Source of the DNA: Anaeromyxobacter sp.
Lineage (GTDB): Bacteria; Myxococcota; Myxococcia; Myxococcales; Anaeromyxobacteraceae
Reading direction: 5' to 3'
NCBI GenBank assembly: GCA_049840735.1
Contig: JASGJN010000012.1
Span: 46,274-110,273, forward strand
DNA: 64,000 nucleotides
Shown: positions 1-9,277 of the stretch, piece by piece
Layout of the letters: each line of letters starts with the position of its first letter
How positions within the stretch are numbered: the stretch's first letter is position 1
Position numbers and translations under genes: made by a program
The notes under the pieces: generated by a model
What the model was told of the DNA's origin: nothing
What the model saw: the letters and a program-made list of their open reading frames with translations, nothing else
The model's database searches: none

Positions 1-1750
1 CGCCAGGCCGGCGCCGCCGGTCGAGGCGCAGCCGCCGCCCGCGGAGGGCTGGCCGGAGGCCCCGGGGCCGGCGCCCACGGTCGGCGCCGACTTGCCCAGC
101 TTCTGCAGCAGCCGGGTGGCCAGCTTCTCGCGGGCCGCCATCAGCGTGGCGGCGTCCACGTCGGTGGACCAGTTCTGCGGGAAGAGCTCGCGGGCGATCT
201 CCCGGGCGCCCTCGCGGTCGCCCGCGTCCGCCAGCAGCTTCAGGTACTCGTAGTCCTCCATGCCCTCGCGGATCATCTTCAGGCGGATTCGAGGCGACCG
301 GGATGTCGGTCTTGCCGCCGATGCGCGCCGGGGTGCCCGGGTAGAAGAGCGTCCCGTCGCCGTTGCCGGAGAAGTCCCACTGGTTGGACCAGGCGTCGTG
401 GGAGAAGGCGTAGCCGGTCTCCCAGTACAGCTCGCCGGTCGCGTCCGACAGGAAGGAGAGCCACTCCATGGCGCGGTTGCGGGAGGCGGAGGCGTCGATC
501 ATGTAGCTGGGCCAGCCCTCGAAGTAGCGGTCGCTGTCGGACGGGTTGCCCATGTCCACCGTCCCGCCGCAGCCGTGGCTCATGCAGCTCTGGTAGAGCC
601 ACAGCTCCTTGGTCTTCCCGGACTCCAGGAAGGCGTCGTAGCGCGGGCGCTGGTCGCCGGCGACGGCGCTGCCCGGCTTGTCGTCGGTCCAGTTGATGAC
701 CGGCACCATGATGTCGATGTCGTCGGCCGCGCCGTGGTCCTCGGCGTCCCAGATCTGCGTGGTCACCAGCGTGCGGAACTCGCTGTCGGCGTCGTGGGCG
801 GCCTTGGCGCGCGTCGGGATGTCGCTCCAGGCGCAGGTGAGGGGCGGCTCGTCGCAGGTGTAGTCGAAGAGCCGGTCGAACCAGCCCTGGCCGCGGGCAT
901 GCTCCGCCCACTGCTTGTGCTCCTCCACGCTGGTGCGGCTGCCCACGTACTTCACCGCGGTCAGCTTCGCGCCCGGCAGGCGGGTCGGGGCGGTGCCGTC
1001 CACCAGCGCGCCGAAGTACTGCTCGAAGTGGTCCATGCCCCGGATGCCGTCGTCGTTCATGCCGGTGATGGTGACGCGGTGGTCGAGGCCGAGCTGCGCG
1101 TACTGCGCGCGGAGCACCGAGCCGCCGTCGCCGGCCAGCGAGCCGTGGCCTGAGGGCACCGCGCCGTAGGACATGCCGAAGCTGGAGCGCAGGGAGGCGG
1201 TCGAGGGGAGCGCGAAGTCCCAGACCAGCAGCGTCACCGGCACGGTGGCCTCGCCCTCCGCGGAGCGGACCGTCACGCTGCCGGCGTAGGTGCCGGGGGC
1301 GGCGTCGGGCGGGACGCGGACGTCCACCCAGATGGCGCGGCTCTCGCCGGCCTTCACGTCGAAGGGGAAGGCGTTGCGCTGCTCGCCCACGACGTCGTCC
1401 ACGTCGGGGACCAGCGCGTCCGGCCACGGGCCGGTGCCGCCGTCCACCGCGGACGGCTGGCGCAGCTGGATGAGCTCCTCGCGGTAGAGCTTCACGTCGT
1501 CGATCTTGCCGGGGCCGGTCAGGGCGGTGACGCTGGCGGACACCTTCGTGGCCGGGCCGGTGACCACCACCTGGAACGACTCGAACTCGTTCCGCGCGGC
1601 GGAGATGCGGGCCTCGGTGACGTCGGCCGGCCTGGCGTCGGGCCGGATCTTCTCGGTCGCGGGCGCGACCCAGACGTCGCCCGCGTGGGCGGCGGTGGGG
1701 GCGAGCGCCAGGATCGCGAGGGCGGCGGCGAGCGCATGGTGGAGGTTCAT
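1..1750 (-). CDS. Secreted DUF4091 / glycoside-hydrolase-like domain protein (3' end runs off window; 1-nt frameshift near 288)
   Basis: Translated by hand from ATG at 1750: signal peptide MNLHHALAAALAILALAPTAAHA, then AARNEFESFQVVV, and GNGDGTLFYPG...SIRLKMIREGMEDYEYL typical of DUF4091. Confidence 0.8.
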   Translation of the reverse strand, partial: MNLHHALAAALAILALAPTAAHAGDVWVAPATEKIRPDARPADVTEARISAARNEFESFQVVVTGPATKVSASVTALTGPGKIDDVKLYREELIQLRQPSAVDGGTGPWPDALVPDVDDVVGEQRNAFPFDVKAGESRAIWVDVRVPPDAAPGTYAGSVTVRSAEGEATVPVTLLVWDFALPSTASLRSSFGMSYGAVPSGHGSLAGDGGSVLRAQYAQLGLDHRVTITGMNDDGIRGMDHFEQYFGALVDGTAPTRLPGAKLTAVKYVGSRTSVEEHKQWAEHARGQGWFDRLFDYTCDEPPLTCAWSDIPTRAKAAHDADSEFRTLVTTQIWDAEDHGAADDIDIMVPVINWTDDKPGSAVAGDQRPRYDAFLESGKTKELWLYQSCMSHGCGGTVDMGNPSDSDRYFEGWPSYMIDASASRNRAMEWLSFLSDATGELYWETGYAFSHDAWSNQWDFSGNGDGTLFYPGTPARIGGKTDIPVASNPPEDDPRGHGGLRVPEAAGGRGRPRGRPGDRPRALPAELVHRRGRRHADGGPREAGHPAAAEAGQVGADRGRRPRGLRPALRGRRLRLDRRRRPG

Positions 1751-2128
1751 CGGTCGGCTCCTTTCCGGGTTGGGTGCAGCGCCCGGACAACGGGAGGCCT
1801 ACCGACCGAATTTCTCTCCCCCTGGTGAGGAGACGTGCGTGGAAGAGGGTGCAGCGAGGGCGCGCGCGGGGCGCGTCCGACGTGAGGGGCCGCGCGCCGC
1901 GTGCGCCCCCACGGGGCGGCACACGCAGCTCGCTCGGCTGATTCTTTTGCTGGGGCCCAGCGGCGCGGGCTGCAGCCCGGCTTCTCCTGCGGCGCGGCGG
2001 GCAGGGGCCGGCCCGGCGCGCCCGTCAACGGGCGCCGCTCAGGCCGTGGACATTTGGGGGCGCAAGCGGGTGATCACCTCGGCGCGGCCGCCGGGGCCCG
2101 CGCCGCGCTCACCCGCCTCGAGCTTCGC

Positions 2129-2701
2129 TCACTCGCCGAGCGGACCGATCACGCTGGCCGGGAGCGGCGGCGGCCGCTGGCCCGAGCGCACCGCGGGCAG
2201 CGGCGGCGGGCGCGCCGGCGGCGGCAGCAGGGGGCGCGACGAGGCGGGCTCGAGCCGGGCGTGGACGGGCGCGATCACCGCCGGTCCGCGCTCCAGCAGG
2301 TCGATGCGCAGGCGGACGCGCTCCAGCCGGTCCAGCGCCGCCGCCAGCGCCTCGTCCAGCCACTCGTCGGCCGCGCGCCGCTCGTCGGCCGAGACGATGC
2401 GCCCGCCGCGCCGGAGCGCGTCCCACAGCGCCCGGTGGAGCAGCTTGAACTCGCGCGCCACCCGCGCCGGCTGGGCGCTGGACCGGACCAGCACCGTGCA
2501 GCGCGAGAGCGCGTCGCCGGTCCGCGCCCGCAGCGCGGGCGCGTCGCCGCGCAGGGCCAGCGCCAGCTCGCGCAGCAGGGGGCCGGCCGCGAAGCCGATG
2601 GCAGGCTCGCCGCCCAGCTCCGCCTCCACCAGCCGCTTCCACGTCTCCTGGATCTCCGCCCGATGCTCCTCGACCAGGAGCCCCACCGCCACAGCGCCCA
2701 C
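2129..2701 (-). CDS. Hypothetical protein, RsbRD N-terminal-like helical domain with Pro-rich tail
   Basis: C-terminal part of ORF 2129..4600; GGAGG RBS before GTG at 2701; LLVEEHRAEIQETWKRLV...VAREFKLLHRALW. Confidence 0.55.
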   Translation of the reverse strand: MGAVAVGLLVEEHRAEIQETWKRLVEAELGGEPAIGFAAGPLLRELALALRGDAPALRARTGDALSRCTVLVRSSAQPARVAREFKLLHRALWDALRRGGRIVSADERRAADEWLDEALAAALDRLERVRLRIDLLERGPAVIAPVHARLEPASSRPLLPPPARPPPLPAVRSGQRPPPLPASVIGPLGE

Positions 2702-2974
2702 CCTCACCTCCCCGCGGGATCCCCGCACCGTGGGCGTCGGGAGAGCAAGGCGCCTGCCACGGGCCCGCGGGGCGCGCGGGAGGACCTGTACGGCGGCCGC
2801 CGGCGGCAACGGTGAAAGGGCTTGCCCAGGCAGTGGCGCGGGGGACCCCGGCGCGGCCTGCGCGCGGGCCGCCCCGGCGCGGGAGGCGTCCGTCCGGGCA
2901 CGCGCCGCGCGGCGGGCTTGCGCGCAGCGTGTGGGCGGGCGTGCAGCGCGCGGGCGGCGCGGGAGCGGGCGGGC

Positions 2975-5078
2975 GTGGGATCGATCACCTACTACGGGTT
3001 CCTGGCGCGGCACGTGCCCGCGCGGCGCATCCTGGCCACCGCCGCGCGGAAGGCGGTGCGCGGCGCCTGGAACCGGCTGGTGCCCCCGCTGGCGCCCGAC
3101 GCGGCGGGGCTGCTCGCCACGCTGGGCTGCGACGGCGCGGACGACCTCGCGGCCCTGCTGGCGCGGCCTCGGCCGGGCCGCCCGCCCTGGACGCCCTCCG
3201 CCCTGGCGCGAGCGCTGGACCGCCACCTCCCCGGCGAGCGGGAGCGGGCGCTGGGGCGGGCCCAGGCCGCGGCGGCGGGGCGGTTCCAGCTCTGCGGACG
3301 CTGGGTGGACGTGCGCCGGCCGGACGGCGGGCTCGACTGGCAGCGGGACGCCGTGAACGGCGGCCGCTTCGCCGGGCACGCCCCCTCGGCGAGCCTGCCG
3401 CCCGCCCCCGGGCTCGACCCCAAGATGGCCTGGGCGCTGGGGCGCGGGGAGCACTGGGTGGCGCTGGCCGCCGGCGCGGCGGCGGACCCGGGCGGCGGCG
3501 CTGCGCTCGCGGAGGCGCTCTCCGCCTCGGTGCGCGACTTCGTGGCGGTGAACCCGGTCGGCCAGGGGATCCACTGGACCTGCGCCATGGAGGCGGCGCT
3601 GCGCGCCTGGAACCTGGTCCAGGCGCTCTGGCTGCTGGCCATCCGCCGCCCTCCGGATGCGCCGCTGGCGATGGCCGCGGCGCGCCTGCTGGTGACCACC
3701 GGCCGGTTCGTGACCTCGCACCTGGAGGACGACACCGCCGTCCCCAACAACCACCTGACCACCGACTGGCTGGGGCTCCTGGCCTGCGCGGAGGGGCTGC
3801 CGGAGTGGCCGGAGGCGCCCCGCTGGCGCGCGCAGGCGCTCTCCGGGCTGCGGGCCGCGGCGGTGGCGCAGGTGCTGCCGGACGGGATGAGCTTCGAAGG
3901 CTCGGTCCCGTACCACCGCTTCTCGCTCGAGCTGTTCACCGCCGCGGCGCTGCTGGCGCACGCGGCGCGGCGCGGGCTGGGGCACGCCTACGCCCTGCGC
4001 CTGCACCGCATGTTCCGCGCCTCGCGGGCCCTCACCGCCGCCTCCGGGGACCTGCCGCAGCTGGGCGACAACGACGCCGGCCACGCGCTCACGGTGTGCG
4101 ATCGCGGCCCCACCGAGGCCGCCTACCTGCTGCCGCTGGGCGCCGCGCTCTTCCGGGACCCGGCGCTGCGGGTGGTGCGCGGCACGGCCGGGGCCGGCGA
4201 GGTGGCCTGGCTGCTGGGGCCGCGCGCCCTGGAGTGGCTGGCGCGCGCACCGGCCGGCCCCGCCCGGCGCAGCGCCGCGTTCCCGCACGGCGGTTATCAC
4301 GTGCTGCGCCGCGGCCCGCTGGAGGCCTTCGTCTCCTGCGGGCCGGCCGGCCAGGCCGGGCTGGGCGGCCACAACCACAACGACCGGCTGGCGCTGGAGC
4401 TGCGCGTGGGCGGGACGCTGGCGGTCTGCGATCCCGGCATGCCGGTGTACGGACGCGATCCCGATGCAGCGGAACCGGTTCCGCGCCACGGCGGCGCACG
4501 CCACCGTGCGGCTGGACGGGATGGAGCAGGTGCCCTTCCCTCCCGGCCGGCTCTTCGCCCTGCCCGACGGGGCGCACGCCCGCCTGCTCGCCTTCACCAC
4601 CGGGGCCGAGGCCGATCACCTGGCCGGCGAGCACCACGGCTACGGGGCGCGCGCCGGGGTCGTGCACCGCCGCGACCTGTGGGCCACCGCCTCGGGGCTG
4701 GTGGTCGTCGATCGCCTCCTCGGGTCGGGGACCCACCTCGTCGAGCTGCGCTGGCCGCTGGCCACCACGGCCGCCCAGCTGCGCCGGCTGGAGCCGGCGG
4801 AGCAGGCCGCCCTGGCGCGGCTGGCCGCGGCGGCGCGGCTCCGGCCGGCGCTGGACCGCGCGCGCGCGGTGGAGGTGCCGCTGGGCGGCCAGGGGCGGCT
4901 CCTGCTGGCCTTCGCCTGCCCGCCCGGCCTGGCGGCCACGGTGGCGCCGGTGCCGCGCTCGCCCGGCTACGGCCAGCTGGTGGAGGGCGCGGTGGTGGTC
5001 CTCTCCGGGCCGGTGCCCTGCCCGGCCACGCTGATCACGCTCTTGCTGCACCTGAACCGAGGGAGCCCGCCCGCATGA
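2975..5078 (+). CDS. Heparinase II/III family protein (frameshift near 4463)
   Basis: Motifs NNHL, FEGSVPYHRF, GDNDAG, GGHNHND, DPGMPVY; continues in ORF 4464..5078 (RNRFRATAAHATV). Confidence 0.85.
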
Positions 5079-6418
5079 TCTCGACCGAAGCCGCCCCCCA
5101 AGCGTCGGGGCTCCTGGCCCGCCTGGCCGACCGCACCGCCCACGTGGGCGTGGTGGGCCTGGGCTACGTGGGGCTGCCGCTGGCCCTCACCTTCGCGCTC
5201 CGCGGCGGGCTCCGCGCGCTCGGCATCGACGTGGACCCGGCCAAGCCCTCGGCCATCCGCGCCGGGCAGAGCTACCTCGAGACGGTCGACGCGCGCGCCG
5301 TGGGCGACGCGGTCCGCGCCGGGCGGCTGGACGCCACCACCGACTTCGCGCTGGCCTCCGGCTGCGACGCGCTCATCATCTGCGTGCCCACGCCGCTCAC
5401 CCGCGAGCGCGAGCCGGATCTCTCCTACGTGATCCGCACCGGCGAGGCCCTCGGCCCGCGGCTCCGGGCCGGGCAGCTGGTGGTGCTCGAGTCCACCTCC
5501 TACCCCGGCACCACCGAGGAGGTGCTGCTGCCGGTCCTGGAGCGGACCAGCGGGCTGCGCGCCGGGCGCGACTTCCTGCTGGCCTTCTCGCCGGAGCGCG
5601 AGAACCCCGGCTCCGGCGTGGCGACGCACACGGTGCCGAAGGTGGTGGGCGGCTGCACGCCGGCGTGCCTGGAGGCGGCGCTGGCGCTGTACCAGGCCGG
5701 CTTCGAGCGGGTGGTGCCCGTCTCCTCCACCCGCGTGGCCGAGATGACCAAGCTGCTCGAGAACGTGTTCCGCTCGGTGAACATCGCCCTGGTGAACGAG
5801 CTCAAGATGCTCTGCCACCGCATGGACCTGGACGTGAACGAGGTGATCGACGCGGCCTCGACCAAGCCCTTCGGCTTCATGCCCTTCCAGCCCGGGCCCG
5901 GCCTGGGCGGACACTGCATCCCCATCGACCCGTTCTACCTGACCTGGAAGGCGCGCCAGTACGAGTTCCAGACCCGGTTCATCGAGCTGGCCGGCGAGGT
6001 GAACACCGAGATGCCGCGCTACGTGGTGCAGCGGGCCATGGAGGCGCTCAACGCCCGCGGCCGCGCGCTGAACGGCGCGCGCGTGCTGGTGCTGGGCATC
6101 GCCTACAAGAAGGACGTGGACGACATGCGCGAGAGCCCGGCCGTCCGGCTGATCGAGCTGCTGCACGAGCGCGGCGCGCAGGTCGTCTACCACGACCCGC
6201 ACGTGCCCCGGATCCCGCAGATGCGCCAGCACCGGCTGGACATGGTGAGCGTGCCGCTCACCGACGACGCGCTGGCCTCGGCCGACCTGGTGCTGATCGC
6301 CACCGACCACTCCTCGATCGACTACGCGCGGGTGGTGGAGAAGGCGGCGCTGGTGGTGGACACCCGCAACGCCTGCCGCGGCGTGCGGGTGGGCCGGGAG
6401 CGGATCGTCAAGGCCTGA
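5075..6418 (+). CDS. Nucleotide-sugar dehydrogenase (UDP-GlcNAc/ManNAc 6-dehydrogenase, WbpA/WecC family)
   Basis: GLGYVGLP, ICVPTP, LESTSYPGTT, FSPERENPG, GLGGHCIPIDPFYL, AYKKDVDDMRESP; ATG overlaps upstream TGA. Confidence 0.93.
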   Translation: MISTEAAPQASGLLARLADRTAHVGVVGLGYVGLPLALTFALRGGLRALGIDVDPAKPSAIRAGQSYLETVDARAVGDAVRAGRLDATTDFALASGCDALIICVPTPLTREREPDLSYVIRTGEALGPRLRAGQLVVLESTSYPGTTEEVLLPVLERTSGLRAGRDFLLAFSPERENPGSGVATHTVPKVVGGCTPACLEAALALYQAGFERVVPVSSTRVAEMTKLLENVFRSVNIALVNELKMLCHRMDLDVNEVIDAASTKPFGFMPFQPGPGLGGHCIPIDPFYLTWKARQYEFQTRFIELAGEVNTEMPRYVVQRAMEALNARGRALNGARVLVLGIAYKKDVDDMRESPAVRLIELLHERGAQVVYHDPHVPRIPQMRQHRLDMVSVPLTDDALASADLVLIATDHSSIDYARVVEKAALVVDTRNACRGVRVGRERIVKA

Positions 6419-6463
6419 GACGACGCCAGAGCGCCGCGCCGGCCGCCGTGCTAGGTACGGGGC

Positions 6464-6890
6464 GTGACCTCCCGGCTCGCCCTCTTCGCCCTCGCCCTCT
6501 GCGCGCTCCCTGCGCGCGCCGACGCGCCGGATGCGCGCGCCGCCACCCTGCAGGCCATGGAGGCCGAGCTGGGCCGCTCCATGGGCCGGCTCAGGCTGGA
6601 GGGGTACGACGCCCCCTACTTTGCCTCCTACCAGGTGGTGGAGACGACCCGGCACGAGCTGGGCGGCCGCTTCGGCGCGCTCTTCACGGACCGCACCCGG
6701 CGCAGCCGGACGCTCAGCGTGGACGTGCGGGTGGGGAGCTACGAGCTCGACTCCTCCGGTCCGGAGGAGAACGCCATCCTCCTGGGCGCCGACGGCCCGA
6801 GCTGGTCGGCGCCGCGCGAGGCCCCGCTGGACGGGGACGTGGCCGCGCTCCGCAACGCGCTCTGGCTGGTGACCGACGAGCAGTACAAGC
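6464..6890 (+). CDS. TldD/PmbA family metalloprotease with signal peptide, N-terminal part (interrupted by CRISPR/IS block)
   Basis: Signal peptide, then AMEAELGRSMGRLRL..PYFASY, DVRVGSYELD, ALRNALWLVTDEQYK; protein-like sequence stops at first degenerate repeat. Confidence 0.75.
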
Positions 6891-7532
6891 TTCAGGGGCC
6901 GCTCCCGAGACAAGCCCCCAGACCGGCCCACCCAGGGGGCCCTCGTAGGAGCAGAGCCGCGCACAGGCTTCAACGGGGCCGCTCCTCGTGAGGAGCGGAG
7001 AGTCCCACCGACGACCCCGTCCCGGGCTCGTTCGCTTCAACGGGGCCGCTCCTCGTGAGGAGCGGAGAGCCCCACGGCCGCGACCATGCCTTCGCCTCCG
7101 TGCGGCTTCAACGGGGCCGCTCCTCGTGAGGAGCGGAGAGGCCGACGCCAACACAAGACCGCTGAACGTCTCTTCAACGGGGCCGCTCCTCGTGAGGAGC
7201 GGAGAGGTCGAGGCCCGCCGCTCCCGTCGGGCTTCAACGGGGCCGCTCCTCGTGAGGAGCGGAGAGGCTGCAGCCAGATCCAGATGCGGCCGTCACAAGC
7301 TTCAACGGGGCCGCTCCTCGTGAGAACAGGGGCCGCCCTCGTGAGGAGCGGAGAGCCGGGGATGAGGCCCACAACGAACGCGGCGCTTCACGGGGCCGCT
7401 CCTCGTGAGGAGCGGAGAGGGCGCTGAGAACACCGAGTCGCGAGGCGCAGCTTCAACGGGGCCGCTCCTCGTGAGGAGCGGAGAGCCTCCTGCGCGCGCC
7501 CGGCGACGTCTTGCTTCAACGGGGCCGCTCCT
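6889..7532 (-). CRISPR. CRISPR array part 1; 36-bp repeat CTCTCCGCTCCTCACGAGGAGCGGCCCCGTTGAAGC (type I-G/I-U-like)
   Basis: Plus-strand copies of GCTTCAACGGGGCCGCTCCTCGTGAGGAGCGGAGAG at 6967, 7034, 7105, 7171, 7231, 7385, 7450; partial or degenerate copies at 6889, 6933, 7299, 7325, 7513; unique spacers ~24-35 bp; internal hairpin CCGCTCCTC/GAGGAGCGG; orientation inferred from the TTGAAGC 3' end. Confidence 0.92.
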
Positions 7533-7751
7533 GTGATCGGCCACACCGATCCGTGTGAAGTGCGGCCAGGAGATCGAGCGCCGGAAACTTCGTGAGCCTG
7601 CGGCGGGCAGGTACGACGGAGAGGTCACGCGTCGAAAGGACGAAGGCCGGGAGCGGCAACTCCCAGCCTTCCGTGTCGAGCGAGGGCGCGTCGACGTACG
7701 CAGCCTCGCCCGAGACGAGCGCCATGGCAAGAAGTCGGCGCGGGCAAGGGC

Positions 7752-8125
7752 GTGCCCGATCACCGGCTGGCTACATGCGCGCGCTGTCGCGCGTCGTTCT
7801 CGCTCTGTCGCGCGTGTGACCGAGGCCAGGTCTTCTGCGGGCCGGCGTGTCGGGCAGCGGCGCGCTCGAGGTGATCCGCGCGGCGCGGAGGCGTCATCGT
7901 CAGAGCGACGAGGGCAGGCTCGACCACCGGGATCGGGAGCGTGCGCGGCGCGCTCGGCGGTCAGCCCGCGTGGGGATCTGGGTTCCGAGAAGTTGCCGTC
8001 GTCGCCGATGGTCCGCGCGGACGCTGGCGCGTGCGACTCCACGGTGGAGCCGGGCGTCGCCGCGCCCGAGGTTCATCATGAGCGAAACGATCACGGTCAC
8101 CATCGCCCCCAGCCGGACCGCGTGA
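7752..8125 (+). CDS. Cys-rich (putative Zn-binding), Arg-rich accessory ORF upstream of istA (frameshifted)
   Basis: From GTG 7752: PDHRLATCARCRASFSLCRACDRGQVFCGPACRAAAR, then after a shift EVIRAARRRHRQSDEGRLDHRDRERARR; 3' end approximate. Confidence 0.6.
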
Positions 8126-8448
8126 TCCTGGCCACGACGGCGACGCACGACGTTCTCAAGGCTGTCCTCGGACCGTCGCGCCGGTCTCATCCGAGAGCGG
8201 CGGCGACGTTGCTCGAGGGGCTCGCCCTCTGGCATCAGCAGCCCCTCTCCGTTGTGCTGTCTGCGGACGCCTCGGACGATGGTACCGCGCTGGGCCTCTG
8301 CGACGCGCTCGGGTTTGGACGCTCGCTCCACTACGAGGTCGCCCTCGCGTACGCGGATCGCTGGCACGGGCGCCGACGACGTGATCGTCGAGGGCTCGGT
8401 GACTTCCGCGACCTGCGCCAGCTCTCGTTCTGGGAGGCGTCGCGATGA
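8078..8448 (+). CDS. Hypothetical accessory ORF coupled to istA (frameshift near 8108)
   Basis: MSETITVTIAP-QPDRVILATTATHDVLKAVLGP..HPRAAATLLEGLALW..GLGDFRDLRQL; its TGA overlaps the istA ATG (ATGA). Confidence 0.6.
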
Positions 8449-8800
8449 CGGTGAGCATCGCGACCGCCGCGAGATCCGGCGGCTCTACTTCGCCGAGCAT
8501 TGGAAGCGCGGGACGATTGCCGCCCAGCTCGGGGTCCACTTCGACACCGTGGCGCGCGTGCTCGGCAGCTTCGGCCCCAAAGCCGGGACGCCAAGGCCCG
8601 AGGCTCGCGTTCTCGAGCCGTACGTCGCGTTCGTCGATGAGACGCTCGCGCGTCACCCGCGTCTCGTATCCACCCGCATCCACGACATGCTCGTCGAGCG
8701 CGGCTACAGCGGCAGCCTCCGCACGCTCCGTCGTACGTTCGCGCCAGTCGGCCAGCGCCGCGCAACGAGGTCTACGTGCGCGTCGAGTCCCTCAGCAGGC
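8445..8800 (+). pseudogene. istA: IS21-family transposase IstA, N-terminal fragment
   Basis: EIRRLYFAEHWKRGTIAAQLGVHFDTVARVL (HTH), LEPYVAFVDETLARHPRL, HDMLVERGYSGSLRTLRR, EVYVRVE; frameshifted and decays before the DDE core. Confidence 0.8.
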
Positions 8801-9063
8801 GGTGGCTCACGTGAGCTTGTTGCGCGATGTGGGCCGAGCTCGTGGTCAAGAGTAGCAGCGCACGAGAAAGGCAAGGTCAGCGCATCCGCATAGCCTCGGC
8901 CTCGCTCTCCATAGCTGGGCCACGTCGTCACACGTCGTCCCACAATTCGTGCGTCCCAGCCTCAGCGTGGCTCACGCACGTCGCGAGGCGAAGGCGTCCC
9001 CGCCAGACATCGAGCAGCTCTCACATAAATATCAAAAGAGTAATAGGGGCAGAGAGAAAAAAA

Positions 9064-9277
9064 CTTCGGGCGCTCCTCGTAGGAGCGGAGACTTGTCGTT
9101 GACTTGCTCCGCTCGCAAGCTTCAACGGGGCCGCTCCTCGTGAGGAGCGGAGAGGACGACGGCGGCATGACGAGGCGCTGCTGCTTCAACGGGGCCGCTC
9201 CTCGTGAGGAGCGGAGAGGCCGCGCTCCCCACCGCGAAGCGAAGAAGCGATGCTTCAACGGGCCGCTCCGTAGGAGA
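9064..9277 (-). CRISPR. CRISPR array part 2, same repeat
   Basis: Perfect repeats at 9119-9154 and 9183-9218; degenerate at 9064-9091 and 9252-9277; spacers 27-33 bp. Confidence 0.9.

Larger units (their letters stand above)
7532..8935 (+). mobile_element. IS21-family element (partial or garbled) inserted in a CRISPR repeat
   Basis: Starts TGTGATCGGCCA with an internal repeat (TGCGGCCA) exactly where repeat 7513 breaks off; contains an istA 5' fragment; right end uncertain; no istB seen. Confidence 0.7.

Noticed and set aside
2822..6418. Apparent 1198-aa heparinase-dehydrogenase fusion in the ORF track
   Set aside because: A frameshift near 4463 moves the heparinase C-terminus to ORF 4464..5078; the dehydrogenase has its own ATG at 5075.
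6714..7427. Repetitive ORFs (FNGAAPREERR, STGPLLVRSGE) over the array
   Set aside because: These are translations of CRISPR repeats, not proteins.
9020..9065. AT-rich stretch as CRISPR leader
   Set aside because: It lies inside the array, on the wrong side for the inferred orientation of part 2, and in the noisiest part of the insert.
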